A stretch of DNA of 63,953 bases, counting the filler, from Hausera hauseri (Eukaryota), in assembly GCA_046269625.1 (NCBI GenBank). It is 12 parts of 12 records of this genome, joined end to end, with 100 filler letters (N's around TTAATTAATTAA, not from the genome) between each part and the next. Parts side by side here need not be neighbours in the genome. Positions count along the whole stretch, not along the records: positions 11,829 to 15,925 come from JBJURY010764873.1; positions 16,026 to 20,641 come from JBJURY010502908.1; positions 20,742 to 29,354 come from JBJURY010582111.1; 9 more parts are not named here. The stretch is one strand, 5' to 3'. The stretch's first letter is position 1. Every line of letters starts with the position of its first letter. A program made the translations under genes and the position numbers. Below the pieces are notes generated by a model. The model had not been told where the DNA came from. It was given only the letters and a program-made list of their open reading frames with translations, and made no database searches. Below are positions 12,030 through 24,949 of this stretch, one piece after another.

Positions 12030-15000
12030 TTACAATAATGCCACATGCCCGTGAGGTAGTGTGTGGATTCCATCTTCAAGAATGTGCCTCTCGTCATCGA
12101 ACCAATCGAGACTTTTCTTCCGCAACGTAACTGTGTCAATTTGATGTTCCCGGGACTGGATCCTTTTCATGTCGCTGACTATGTGACTTTGCTCCCTCAA
12201 CACTCTCAAAATCTCCAAAGCCAATGTGTTTAGCTAATGTGGCTTTTTGAACTCCTTGGCCCGCTTCTTTACCTGACCACTTACATCGATGGCATACATT
12301 TTTGATCTCAGCGCCACGAAACGGGTGATAATCTTCCCATTTACCTCATCTTTAAACTTCCCGAGGACCTTCTTGTTGGTAATTGAATAATTTTGATGAT
12401 CCTCCGGATAGTCTGAGGTATCCATATATTGCACCAATTTTGCATACTTTTTAAAGACATCATCTGTGCAGATCTGGTATATGAAACTGTCCGTGTCCAT
12501 GTACATTAGCTGGAGCTCCTTGAGTGCAGGGACCATTATGTTGTAATAAAAATCATATATCAAGGTATTGGATAGATCCAATATGGACATGCCCACATAT
12601 ATAGGCTTATTGAACTCAAGTGATGTCTTGAGCATATGGATGCCCACCAGATTCTCCGTGTAGATTGTGCTGCTGTGGAAGTTGGACTTAGCGATGAGTT
12701 TCTTTGCTATCTTCCAGTCACATACCAGCTCTATGTTTATCCGGTTGCGGATTTTCTCCATAGTTTCGCCCAAGACCAAGTTGTTATACAACTTGAATTA
12801 GTCCTTTTCAAACTCGTTCTTGGCATTGGCCCTCAACTGAGTATTGAGGTCTATGTATAAATTCAACCATTTTGACTGGCTAAACTGCAGGACCCGATGA
12901 ATTCTGATGACTCAGAGTCCATTTTGGATGGCCTGTTAAAGATTGATGTAATGGACTACACACCTCTCCCTGTTTCCGAGATGGCAGAGAAGCTTCTTAT
13001 GCGTACCATTTGGTGGCTTCTTGCTCTCCGGCAGGAATGGCAGCTGCTCATGCCTTGTGTGTATGCTATGTGGATATTTCACATCCACCTCCGATATATA
13101 GCCCGTATCTGCAGTGGGATCTAGGTCCAATATTGGGATGTCGTCAGGATTCTCGACCCATTTGAAGTTATCATAGGGCAACGGGTTGCTCATTGCCCAT
13201 CCATAGAAGTTGTTGGTATCCAGATATGATATATATGTGGATTACTTTGATGGATCATAATTTGCCATGTATTTATTGTTGGCCTCACTTTATCTGTAAA
13301 TGGCCTGGCATATTCCACCCCTGCTGCCTCTCTCAACCATGAGGACCATATTGTAATCCTTCAATATCTGGAGCCTTATGCCGGTATAGCGCAGCATCGC
13401 CACCCAGCTCATTCCTGGAGGTGTAAAGAAATGGGCTGGATCTAATGTGTGGCTCTTAAGGGTCACATCCCGGAAGCTTTTAAAGACATCTGTAAGCAGC
13501 AGCACATCTGTGAGGAGATAGATATAGCAGTATTACCCTATTGTCCTGCACTAAAAGGTTTGTCATACTCTTCGGGCATGCCCATAGTCAGCATCGCTAA
13601 TATGACTAGATGACAACTGATTATAGAAGTCCTTCTTGTCCGGTAATGCTTCTTCATCCAGTGTTTCCAATAACGTTTTATAGTCACAGGGGAACACGTC
13701 TTTCCTCTTGACAAAATCAAATGCAGTGGGTAAGAACCGCTTCGTCTCATTGAGTTCTTCTGCAGGGATGTTCTTCACTAAACTATCCAGTGACGAGCTC
13801 ATGAAGCGGAAGCTGTCTATGAATCGAAGTCTAATGCGGCCCATATCCTTAGTGAAGGTGATACATTTTTCCTCACTATGTGGAATGCCATCAATGTTCC
13901 TCCAAATATTACCCAGTTTCCGAACAATAAAGTGGGAATCATAACCACTGAGATTTTGGAACACTACAGGCACATATGTACATGTTTTGCAACGTCGATT
14001 GCAGTTGTTGCATGCTGCACCTCGATATTTTCCTGTAAAATGGCTATGATCCCTGACTTTATAATTATCCTTGGTGAAGGACTTGTTGCACAAGTAACAT
14101 GTTGCCGTGCGTTATTTATCTTCCTGATGCTTCGACATGCTCATTGTATCCGTATGTTGCTAAAGCATGTTTTCAAGCCTATGAGCCATGTCTTCTAATC
14201 TCTTCATAAAATGTGCTGCTGCGTCTGGCCCTCTGAATAAAAATGGTTCATTGTCCAGTCCTTTGGCATACATACAATATGACGAGAGTTCATGATATTG
14301 GTATGCCGTTGTGCTACTATGTTGGGGATTAGGGCTGCAGCTGTGAACTGGACTGAGGATGGCCTCAAAATCACAATAGACGACAATCGGCACCTTCTGC
14401 ATCTTCTCGTACTCCTTGAATTCCAGGTAATCCTCCTTGGAAAATTCTGCTCAGATGCAATAGTTTGTATTACGGTAGGTCTTGTGCTCCTCCAGCTTTT
14501 CTGCGGATGTGTCTCCATTAAAATGGGTAAAGCATCTCTTACATATTTCCAGCCTTGATTCATGCTTGGATATTTGGGATCCTACGAGGCGCTCAAAATT
14601 CTTGATCCAGATGAAATGCCTCTTTTCTCCATCATCTGGCAGGACTAGATCCCTATAATCCTCCAATTCCTCCTTGCACACATGTAATGGATAAAATTTG
14701 TCCTCCTCCAATCCGAAGATGTTGATGGAGATGTTGTTCATGCTTTCAAATTTCACGACTTCATCTAGGCTCGGAGGAAATGAAATACAGATGAAGTCAT
14801 ATGTGTGCTGCATTTTGTCATGTATGCAAACTATGGAAGCATTATGTTGATCCTGTACTAGTTTTGACAAAATAGAATAAATGAAGCACATGCTGTCCTC
14901 ATTATAAACATTGATGCATGCCTTTTTCTTAACTATCCATTCAGGAAGCGGTATGTAGGGGCTGCCTCTCATGAGAGAATACTTATGCACATGCACAAGT

Positions 15001-15260
15001 AACCCTTTATTGTTGCTAAAGTTCAACCGCGCTTTTTGTCTTGGCTTTCTTCGGTTTCGCGGATAAGCTTTGCATAGTCTTCTGTAATAAAATCCTTAAT
15101 GTTAGAACATTTCAATAGTTACCTGTTCTTTGTCTTGTAGGCTCTATTAGACAGCTTTCCTTTGAGATTGGTGAAGGTGGCTTCCAATTTGAAGTTTACT
15201 TTAAGGGACTTCAGCTCCAACAAGTTGTCTTGGAGAATTCCTGCTGCCTGCTCCTTTGAA
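12030..15260 (-). pseudogene. Near full-length degenerate protein-primed DNA polymerase B with an endonuclease VII-like zinc domain
   Basis: GSPYIPLPEWIVKKKACINVYNED..CF; PIVVYCDFE (Exo I); CNKSF..KVRDHSHFTGKYRGAACNNCN (EndoVII); FQNLSGYDSHF; RFIDSFRFM; YLDTNNFYGWAMS; YMDTDSF (motif C); GKFKDE; LRSKMY. Confidence 0.9.
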
Positions 15261-15512
15261 TAGTCCAGGAATTCATGGAGCCATATTTGCCCCACTGCTG
15301 CTATAAAGTATCGCCGAATTTTGCTCTTCAGTGCAGCTACATCAACTGGCCCCTGTCTTTGGCTGTTGATGGAGCATCTGCTGCTACTTCTGATATGCGT
15401 TTTAGTCCTGCATCGGGCCTTGCTGCTAAATCGGGTTGTACAACTGGCTGTGCTGCCAAAGCAGGATGCAGCTTATTAAATATGACCTTCTTTGACTTTG
15501 ATGTGAAGTCAG

Positions 15513-15925
15513 TTAAACGATGTTTGTAATATCTTCGTAAAACTGCATGTATTCGCCATCACATACAGCTTCACATCCTGTGCAGATATAATAGGTGATC
15601 CTGTTGAATTTGTGTCCATAATAGCTCCTCATGGTATTGTGGCAATTCTGAAGGTTGTGTTTTGCACATGTGCAATATACATATGAACTGCACCCTCGAT
15701 TTTCCTTTGGCACGAAAATCGTTATTGGCATATTTCACTGAATATTTGTTTTTCGACTTGGTGAAGGAAATCAAGTGCTGTTTATGGACATTGTAAAAGT
15801 CTGCATAATTGGATTGGCACACTACCTCACATGTAGGGCATATATAATACTGAACCCTGTTGTATAGATGGGCAAAGTACTTCTTCATAATATTGTGGCA
15901 ATTTTCAGGCTCGTGGATTTGAACC
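15513..15925 (-). other. Two tandem Cys/His-rich modules upstream of pPolB (unknown zinc-binding protein)
   Basis: ENCHNIMKKYFAHLYNRVQYYICPTCEVVCQSNYADFY versus QNCHNTMRSYYGHKFNRITYYICTGCEAVCDGEYMQFY. Confidence 0.6.
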
Positions 15926-16043
15926 NNNNNNNNNNNNNNNNNNNNNNNNNNNNNNNNNNNNNNNNNNNNTTAATTAATTAANNNNNNNNNNNNNNNNNNN
16001 NNNNNNNNNNNNNNNNNNNNNNNNNCAGATAAAATAAATTAAC

Positions 16044-16592
16044 CTGGCGCCTGATTCCCCTGAGATGTCGGTCTGGGTGGTCCAGTTTTGGCCGAACGAA
16101 CTGATTGATCATCTGACGTTAGATCCTGAGAACTGGTTGTTTTGGCGCCCGGTGTGCTGCAGGCGCCAGGATATTGGGAACCTGATAAAACAACGAATGA
16201 GACAGTCGTCATCGACAAAGCACATTACAATTGGGTAGGCGTGTATCGGTCTTCAGAAGATTGTTCAAAGAACCATTCAAATTTGACGAAGTCAGTGGAA
16301 TGTTATCGAGGGATTTGTCTGAAGTGTTCGATTGGAAATTGGGAATTTGATCTTGAACTGACACGGGAAAGTGGTTTGAAGTGTTGAGGGATGCTGTCAA
16401 TTGCGGTATGGACATGTGAGATCCAACACTGTTCGTCATTAGATGAGGTTGTTGGGCATGTGACATAATCGGTGCAGATATGCTTGATCCACTTGTATCG
16501 TATTGAGTATTTTCAAGACGAGTTATTGATCGTTCGTCCTCATCCCCAAATTCACCACCCATCAGTGTCGGTTCACCGACTATCATTACATC
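16044..16592 (-). CDS. LDB1: LIM-domain-binding protein (LDB1/Chip) 3' exons containing the LIM-interaction domain; partial
   Basis: DVMIVGEPTLMGGEFGDEDERSITRLENTQYD follows a splice acceptor at 16593. Probable 47-nt intron at 16182-16228. Upstream exons not seen. Confidence 0.85.
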
Positions 16593-18206
16593 CTGAAAAT
16601 GTCCGAATGGTAACAGTTATATTGTACCAGTTAGTTTAAAAAAACTTCAAAGGTTGTTGTTCGTTTTCAATCATCTAATTAAGCATTGCTCCCGCGGCAG
16701 TCTGCTGCGTCAGTTTTTAAGTATAGTGGTATCTTTGGCTCATTCTATATCCTACGTTATTTTTGACCCGATGTTAATGCGGCTAGTTTGGAACAATTCG
16801 GAAGAGTTACAGTTGTTTATTCATTGCTCAACAAAAGATATTTTACTGTATCAGAGATACTTCAAAAACACCCATTTCATCGAAATCACATCTCTCATTG
16901 CAACAATTGTAAGAGACTTATTCAACGTGTAGACTTCCTGTCGTGGGACAAATTGACATAAATTAAACAGTGATCCAATTTTTTTCGAATTGCTTGTAAA
17001 TAGATTAACGTAGGAACATTTCTAACATGCACACAGGGATTTTTATTAGAAATAGTCAGATAACTACAAAATATAATGCTGATAAATAATATGAAGATGT
17101 TTCATCAACAAAATCAAAATAATGTAATAAGCTTTTGAATGTGACAAGTTTTCGCATTTGTTCAAGTTTCTCCCAATTGCGATTAGGAATTTTGAATCTT
17201 GACAAAATTTTCGTTCCTTTTCTCTATGTAATTAGCACGATAAAATGAACGGACAATTGTTTTAAGTTAAAAATTCCTAAACATAATAGGGTAAATTTGA
17301 ACAATTTCGAAAAGCTGTCATATTTAAAAGTTCCAATTGCGCAAAACGTTTTTCATATTATTAATTAGCAATATTTTTTTCACACGTGTGCAAGTAAAAA
17401 ATGTTCCCTTGTAAGGTATACTGATACATTTTGGAATCACAGTTAGACAAGAGCTAAACCTAATGATTCCAAACAAATTGATTGGAAAATATTGACATGC
17501 CCACCAATGCATATAATGCAAGGTCTAGCATTTTTCAGAATGACTAACAACGCAGTTAGATATGGTTCAAAGAATAAGTACGATTTTCAAAAGTATAAAT
17601 CGTATTCAAATTCATGCAAAAATTTTACGATTCGGTAAAATCAATGGTCAATTCGAACAACTGTTTTAAAAATAATTTAATTTTGTATTTTTTTGAAATT
17701 ATTACAATATTTTCGATACTACTCAATAGAAAACATTAGCATGAAACTGCCTTTATTGAAAATGTTTTTATAACTCCGCAATCAATAGCTTTCATGGTTA
17801 TCCAAGGTCATCAATAAATATCTCTCACAGACCTTGTGTTTTTATTGTATCTCCAATTGTTTTCAAACGTTAGCAGACACAAAATTTATCTAATTGTGCT
17901 AATAAATGAAATAATACAATGATAAAATAAAACACATTTAATTGTTCATTGGTGAGCATCTTTCTGTTTTAATTTCATCAATACCAACGAAAACTGTCCT
18001 TGTGAATAGCAATTTCTAAACAAATTTCAACCGAAACAGAAATGAAAAAAATTTTTTCAACAAAAAATTACATTTTAATTACATTTACAGGTATATCATA
18101 AAATCTCATTAGGGAGACCGGAGAACAATTGGGTTAATGCTAATGTCCTTATTTTATTTTACATTACAATTGGATAAAACACAAGAGTTTATAATGATTT
18201 CGGGTA

Positions 18207-19960
18207 CGGTCAAATCTCGTTACTATTTCACCTGTCGGGACCGAGCAAGAATGGCATAGTAACGAGGGTTTGTAAAAACGGATTTATTTTCTGAAGTTAC
18301 TTATCAGCACAAAGCTCTCAAGAATCGTCAGCCGGCGCTTCTTCTCATTATCTAATTGATCGCACGCTAGCATTACACCGGGTTTCCCGCTTTTCTGTTG
18401 CATGAACTTTCGTACGGTGCTCCAAGCGCGCTGAGCTTCCTCGAATGAAACGACTCTTTCCTCAACAGTTATATCGTCATCTCTGCTTTCCACCGGCTCT
18501 TCACCGCATAGCACATCCCCTGCAATCTCGTCCAGTGTAAAAGACCCGCCAGTCACGAGGCGCTCATCAGCTTTGAGAAAGTCAGACAGCTCGATCTCCT
18601 CGTTCTCGTGCATCTTTTCCTCGGCAGGCAGAGCTTCCCAGATATCGAGCAGCTCTGCATCATGTACCTCAGTTTGGACCTCCACTTTAATAAACTTGGC
18701 ATTCGCGAAACAGTTCCTGATCGTCGACTTGCTGACCTGCAACCAAGCACGCCGGGCGACGTGCAAAGCGTCGAGCAACGTAAACTTCAACTCCTTTCCT
18801 TTATCCATGGCTTCAATTCGGCGGCATAGCAGGAGCTTCTTGTAGTGGCGCTTGACATTCTCTATGATTCCTTGATCCATTGGTTGCGAGCTGGCTGTCG
18901 TGTTTGGTGAGAAGAAGACTAGTTGGATGTTGTTGAGCTGGAGCTTGGGAGGGTGACCAGCAAAGTTATCAAGACAGACCAACACTCTGCGTCCCTGCTG
19001 GCCAAGTCGTCCGTCCCACGCACGCAATATCTCCTCGAAAAGCTTCGCCGTCATCCATGTCTTTTAGTTCGCCTTGTACTCGACCGGGATCTCCTTGTTC
19101 TTGAAGACACGAGGTCTTTTGGAAGCGCCAATCACCAGAGGAGGAAGCTTTTCGCTGTCACTCATGTTTGCCCCAATTAGAAGAGTGATCCTTTGCTTAC
19201 TTTTCTTTTTTCCTGTACACTGCTCTCCCCTGAAAGCCATGGTCTTGTTCGTAAGTAGTTGCCAGAAGAGTCCAGTCTCATCCAGGTTAAAGATGTCGTC
19301 TGGTGAGAACTGTGTGAGTAATGGCCGAAGAACCTGCTGTTGCCACTCAAGAAGAGATTCTGAATCTACCGCTCCAGCTTCGCCCGGCATCGTCTTAAAC
19401 GTGATGCCGTAGCGTTTTTTAAAATAGTCCAACCAACCGTCGCTCGCCATTAAGTCCGGGATATGCATCAGCTCGGCCAGTTTCATCGCATTCTCCTTGA
19501 TGAGATCACCGCTGACAGGCAGATTCTGTTCTCTTGCTTGCTTCGGCCATATGAGCACTCCCTCATCAAGCTTCAGATTGTGTTCTTGAGTCAACTTCAT
19601 GCGCTTCGATGGAACACCAGCTTTGATTGCAGCCTCGATTGCATCCTTTTTGCTGAGAATGTCCTTCACGGTTGTTCTCTTAACTTCGACGCCCCATTTC
19701 TTGCTTATATCCCTAGCCAACTTGGATTGATTCTGCTCTCTCTTCTCGATATCTCCTCTAGCGTAAAGTTAGTTCGCTTACGCTGACATTATGGGTTGAA
19801 TTTGAAAAAAATAATGTCACTATTGTGCAAGTGTTTATGTATGCTCGCACTTTTGTGTGTCTCTTATAAGCTTCGGTTGTAGACTTGTCGCTGTACATAT
19901 TGTGATTGGCTTTCTGTAGTTGTTATTTGCGAGAAGAAACAGGTGTTTGGCCTCGACACA
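18207..19960 (-). mobile_element. Tigger/pogo DNA transposon with disrupted transposase (~18284-19789)
   Basis: CENP-B-type HTH (ASDGWLDYFKKRYGI), IFNLDETGLFW, KQRITL, WMTAKLF, LDNFAGH, QPMDQGII. End TA+CGGTCAAATCTCGTTA at 18205-18222; other end not found. Confidence 0.9.
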
Positions 19961-19961
19961 G

Positions 19962-20641
19962 TTAGATTATGCGTTTCTTTTTCATAATATTAAATGCACT
20001 GTGATGCTTTTCTTCCCAGATATATTTCTTATTATTTCGCAATAATTTGTATAGCACACTATTTATGTCTGAGAAATTTTCGTATAGCACACTATTCTTT
20101 TTATTGGTACGAGACCGAAATTCAATTCCTTCGGCTGAAATTTTAAAACCTAAGTACATTACTGACGTTTGATACCAGTCACATTTCAATAGATTCAGTT
20201 TTAATTTTGCGTCTCTTATTCTTTCGAATACTTCTTGAAGTTTATGTATATGTTCATCCCAGGTTCTAGAAGCTATTAAGATATCATATATATGACAAAC
20301 TTCTTATGCCTTTGACAACTATTCTTATAAATTCTTGGAAAAATGTTGGGGCAGTTTTTAATTGAAATGGCATTCTTGTAAATTGATATATGCAAATATG
20401 AGTTTTAAAAGCTGTTTTCCATCTATCCGCAGCGGTTATAGGTATGTTTAGGAAACCCCATTTTAAGTCTAATCATTTATTAATTCTTTAATTCTAGGAA
20501 TTGAAAAAATGTATTTCTCTAAATACTTATTTAATTGTACAAAATTAACACAGTCTTCTTTTACTAATACTTGTCTTTGGTATTATCACTATTGGTGAAG
20601 ACCATAAGGCCTGACTAAGTTTATTATGCCTTTTTCTAACC
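19962..20641 (-). mobile_element. Highly degenerate Ty3/Gypsy reverse transcriptase remnant
   Basis: SPWSSPIV, DLKWGF..I, KTAF, RMPFQLKTAP, YDILIAS, KLNLLKC..YLGFKISAEGI. Confidence 0.75.
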
Positions 20642-20741
20642 NNNNNNNNNNNNNNNNNNNNNNNNNNNNNNNNNNNNNNNNNNNNTTAATTAATTAANNN
20701 NNNNNNNNNNNNNNNNNNNNNNNNNNNNNNNNNNNNNNNNN

Positions 20742-23320
20742 GGAAAACTAGTCTGAGATGTTCTTCGTGTTGTTTGGGCGATGCCGATGCGACTAGTATG
20801 TCATCAATGTATGGATATGCAAATGGCAAGCCTGAAAGAAATGAATCGATGTGCTGTTGGAAAGTTTGTGCTGCGTTCTTTAAACCGAACGGCATAAATG
20901 CGTATTAGAAAAGACCAAAAGGTGTTATAATGGCCGTTTTTGGGATGTCTTCTGGTGCTACCGGTATTTGGTGGTAGGCTTTCTCGAGATCTATGGTTAA
21001 ATAAATCGTAGTCTTGTGTAAAGAATGCAATATATCTTTAATCAACGGTAGAGGATAAGCATCCATGGTTGTGACATTATTAAGTTGTCGATAGTCACCG
21101 CATGGACGGAATGTGCCATCTTCCTTTTGGACGACGTGGACTGGTGATGCCCAGGGAGATTTCGAGCGTTTTATTATTCTAGCTTGCTCGAGTGAAGAGA
21201 ATTCAGCTTGGAGTACCTGTCGACGGCATGGTGAAAGTGGGCGGAGTTTCTGCCTAATGGACCTAAGGTTTTCTGTGATGATGTGGTGAAATGTCGTGTT
21301 AGCCGGTCGAAATGCTGGGTCTTTTTTAATTGTATGGAAAGAAGACTTGATTAGATATTGCTGCATTTCTTGGCTAAGTGTAGTAAAGATTTAATTGGAA
21401 GTAGTATGAAAAATGGTAGAAATCGGGTTGTTTAAATCGGAGTTCGATAGAAAAGTAGGATGCTTACATTGGTTTTACCAGTGAAGTTTTTATTCAGATT
21501 GATTATTGGTTTCTTCGATATTGATTTTACAGTTGAGATAAGCTGCATTATCGGTTGGTTATTTGTAGGAGTCGGCTTCGTTGAATTACTTTTAATAATT
21601 CGACGTTGTCTACAATCTACAAGGAGGTTGTAGAAATATAGGAAATCAGATACAATTATTGGAGATTGTGTGTCGGCAACGATGAATATCCAATTGAAAA
21701 TATCGGAGAATGGTGGTAGAGTGAATGAGATTTTGGACGTGCCAAGAATGTGTAAAGCTTGGCCGTTGGCTATGTATAGTTTAGTTTTAAATGGTTAGAT
21801 GAGTGGTGTTTTGATGGATGGTGGTAACAAAGAAACAGCAGCCCTTGAGTCAATGAGGAGGTTGATTGGTTGATTGGGTTTCGATGTTAGGGAGGCTTTC
21901 AATGTAAACACGGCATAGATACGGCTATTTGAATGAAAGCGTTTGCCTGTGCCAGTATGTGCCGAAACATCTGGCGGTGTTGTCAGTTTTTTGGGATATT
22001 AAGATTTGTAGAGTCGGGAGGATTAAGATGGAATTGGTTAAATCGACTGGAAAACGTGCAACCGATAATGCAGTTTCGGGCTTTATTGCTAAACCTATTA
22101 TGATAAATGTAAATGATGTCAGATTTTTGGAAAGCTGGTGTAAAGAATTTGCAGCCCAAACAACATTTGTTAGATTGGTTCTTGAATTTAGTGTGGTAGT
22201 AGCATACAATATGTCGAGTAGGGGACGTGGCGGATCTAGAATTGTTCGATGAAGAACGGCTATGATTAGTTGTAAATCGTTCTCGTCGCGGCATGGATAA
22301 ATTGTCCAGTTTAGGCGTTAAAGTAGAAATGGCTTGGTGTATTGCCGTGTTTTCAGCCCTGAGGGCGTTTATTTGGTTATTCATCGCTATGATTCCTGCA
22401 CTGAGTGGTGTCATAGGCGGTTGTATTGTGGCTGCGACAATAGGAGTATGTGTGTGTTTAGTATTTTATAGCTTTTATCAGACAGTTGTGTTAACTTTTC
22501 TAACGTAGCGGTGTCTTCAACGACGGTTAGTAAGGCGCGTATTTCTTTTGGCAACGATTGGAGAAAATATCTGCGCAATAAATCAGCGTTGTTGATTTGG
22601 TTCACTCTCAACTTGTTTAATTGGGTCAAAGATGTTTGTAAAAATTCGAAGGGTTTTAGTGTGCCTATGATGTTTTCATTGAAATATTTCTGGATAATAT
22701 TATCCAGAGAAGGCTCCATGAGTTTAAGGACGGCGTTGAATAGTGTTTAATATGGGTTTACCGTCCGAAAAATTTCGGAAAGATTTGGTAGTAACGATTT
22801 AAGGTTGTTTGGTAGAAGTATTAATAGGCTATTGGCTTTAAAGAAAGAATCAGTGGTATTATTCGGTTTTAACCACTGTGCGTGAAATTCCAGCCATGTA
22901 CGGCTGGAATGTTGTTTGTCTGTGAAATAGTCGACGCAAGGGAAATTAACCAAAGAGGATGCTGCAGGAAGAGCTAAAGGAGATTGCTTTAGAGGAACAT
23001 GTATGGTAGGAACATCGGTGAGTTCCTGACGGTCGTTTAATGCAGGTTTGGTGTAGGAACCACCGAATAGGCGTGGACATAAAGTTATTATTAGGGGTGA
23101 AGGTGGGGATAGAAAGGATGATATTAGGTCGGAATAATGAAGTTGGTATCCGTTTATGCTTAGTGTGTAGCCTTTTAAGTTGATGAGATGAGATAAATCT
23201 ACGAACAAATCTGCTACCGTTACTTTAATGTGTGTTCGGTGTATGTGAATATGTTTGTTTTGGAAGAAAAGGTAAATATAGAAAAAGATGTGCGTCATTT
23301 TAGGGGTATAGTGCGCCACC
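20742..23320 (-). mobile_element. Ty3/Gypsy (CsRN1-like) retrotransposon gag-protease-RT, degenerate, with an N-terminal ubiquitin-like domain on Gag
   Basis: Gag with CYYHxxFxxxxxKC (CHCC-type) knuckles. Protease LLIDSRAAVSLLPP. RT SPWASPVHVV, FRPCGDYRQLN, KTAIITPFGLF, MPFGLKNAAQTFQ, YIDDILVAS. Confidence 0.9.
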
Positions 23321-23849
23321 AGGGACACAATCGCAAACAAAATCCCTGCGCTGTAAAGGTTGATCTGCCCAGATAGGATGGTATCTGGGACATTGGATCT
23401 GGATATTACCCTGAACATTTGATCAGTTAATTTGGAGAACGATAGATCATTTCCTTGTTGTTCGTATATTAGCTGGTTTAGCAAATGGTCTTTTAGGTTT
23501 CAGTACCTTGTTCGTAGGCTCAACGAGTAAAGAACTGAATTTGTAATACTTAATTGAATTAAGTATACTGGGGAATATTGAATGTAGTGATTGGGGTGCT
23601 CTTTTACTACGTATAACAAAATAGAAAAGAAATTATCCGACCTTTTTTACATCCTAAGTCCAGAGTGTTTGTAGAGCCTGGGATCACTGCATTTATTCGT
23701 TCAAAATCAGTATGCGAATGCCGTTGACGTTTTTGCTGTTCATCTTTTGTTTTAGCGAGATTGGTATCCGTAGAATTGTCTTGAACTTTCAAATGCAAGT
23801 CGGGTCTGTAACGCGATTCGCTCCTAGCGTTATTTACTTTATGCTGATT

Positions 23850-24680
23850 GTTTGGGAATTTTGTGTGGCGATATACAGGTGGTCCTTCGGTTCGTTTCTT
23901 TGCCAGTAGTAATTCAATGGGTGTACTTACAAGGTAAGTTATAAAATCTTTCCTATGTTTCCAATATTTGCATATGGAAGACACTGTTTTGCTAGTGGAA
24001 TCATTATTAGCTACAAAATCGTAGAGACCTGTCCACGATTCTAGCAGGTTGTTATCTTGTATGTTTGGTACGTTATCGGAGTTTTTTAACCAATGGAAAA
24101 TATTTTCGATAGATGCAGCTTTCGATCGTGATTTTGAAACCTTCGGCTTAACGTCGACATTCTCGGTCTTTTCTGACTCGTTGGGCAAACCGTCTTTTGT
24201 ATCTTTATTTATTTTATCTCTATCTGGAGTGTAATAGAGCCTTTCTTCCGTTAATTCTATTCTGAATTCATGACAACCGTCACTTTTTGTGTGATCAAGA
24301 CAATTACGCCAAGGTTTCATAGACGAGACATTTTCCAATTTCTCAAATAGTTTTTCATCGTTAGGCAAAAGGCAAGGTCTGCAATAAGTACAATATAAGA
24401 ATCTCAATTTTTTTGTAGTGCCCATGCGTACGATACCAGCTATCCGAGCGAATTCTTTAAAATTAATCATGTTATCCAGATCCAAATCGAGTAAACGGAA
24501 AACTCTCAATGAGATGAAATTGGGATATTCCCTGGGTAAAAGACATTTGAACGACTTGACGAAAGGTTCATAACCTATTTTGTAGATATCATAATATGAA
24601 CGGACAGGATCATAACTGTTCATATTTAGTGTGGGCGTCGGCGGATGTTGTGTAATAACTGGGTGCAATATAAACGCTTT
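23850..24680 (-). pseudogene. Intronless fragment of a TBC1D8/TBC1D9-like RabGAP (EF-hand and C-terminal region only)
   Basis: YDPVRSYYDIYKIGYEPF..LRVFRLLDLDLDNMINFKEF..KKLRFLY resembles the TBC1D9 EF-hand region. No TBC or GRAM domain present. Confidence 0.65.
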
Positions 24681-24689
24681 TGAGAACTA

Positions 24690-24900
24690 TTAACGATGAT
24701 TCCAATTCTTTTCGATCAAGCCATACTGCATCTCCGTAAAATTCATCCAAGTCGAGAGGCCGCATTTTCGTCATGTAGGCTCCAACGGTCTGTGGCGGGT
24801 AGTCCGGTAGCTCCTTCGGTAGTTGCAATAGTTCGGTCTGTTTGATTTCAATTGCCGGACCGTAATCGATCAACTTCACACGAATATGTCCCGCTTTTTT
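24690..24900 (-). pseudogene. Intronless extended-Tudor domain fragment (TDRD12-like)
   Basis: IRVKLIDYG..ELLQLPKELPDYPPQTV..MRPLDLD..VWLD matches the Tudor VxFxDYG..LxxLP..LPPQA pattern. Confidence 0.6.
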
Positions 24901-24949
24901 CGCTGTCTTTTGAGGGACTTTAACAAGTTCAAAACCGCCTTTGGATAAC

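Noticed and set aside
18573-19786. Plus-strand ORFs opposite the Tigger transposase, and similar antisense ORFs opposite pPolB and pol genes
   Set aside because: Shadow ORFs of GC-richer coding sequence, with no motifs.
20686-20895. ORFs running into X stretches (also 29175-29402, 38484-38702, 43250-43516, 48086-48376)
   Set aside because: Their ends are artefacts of the N spacer.
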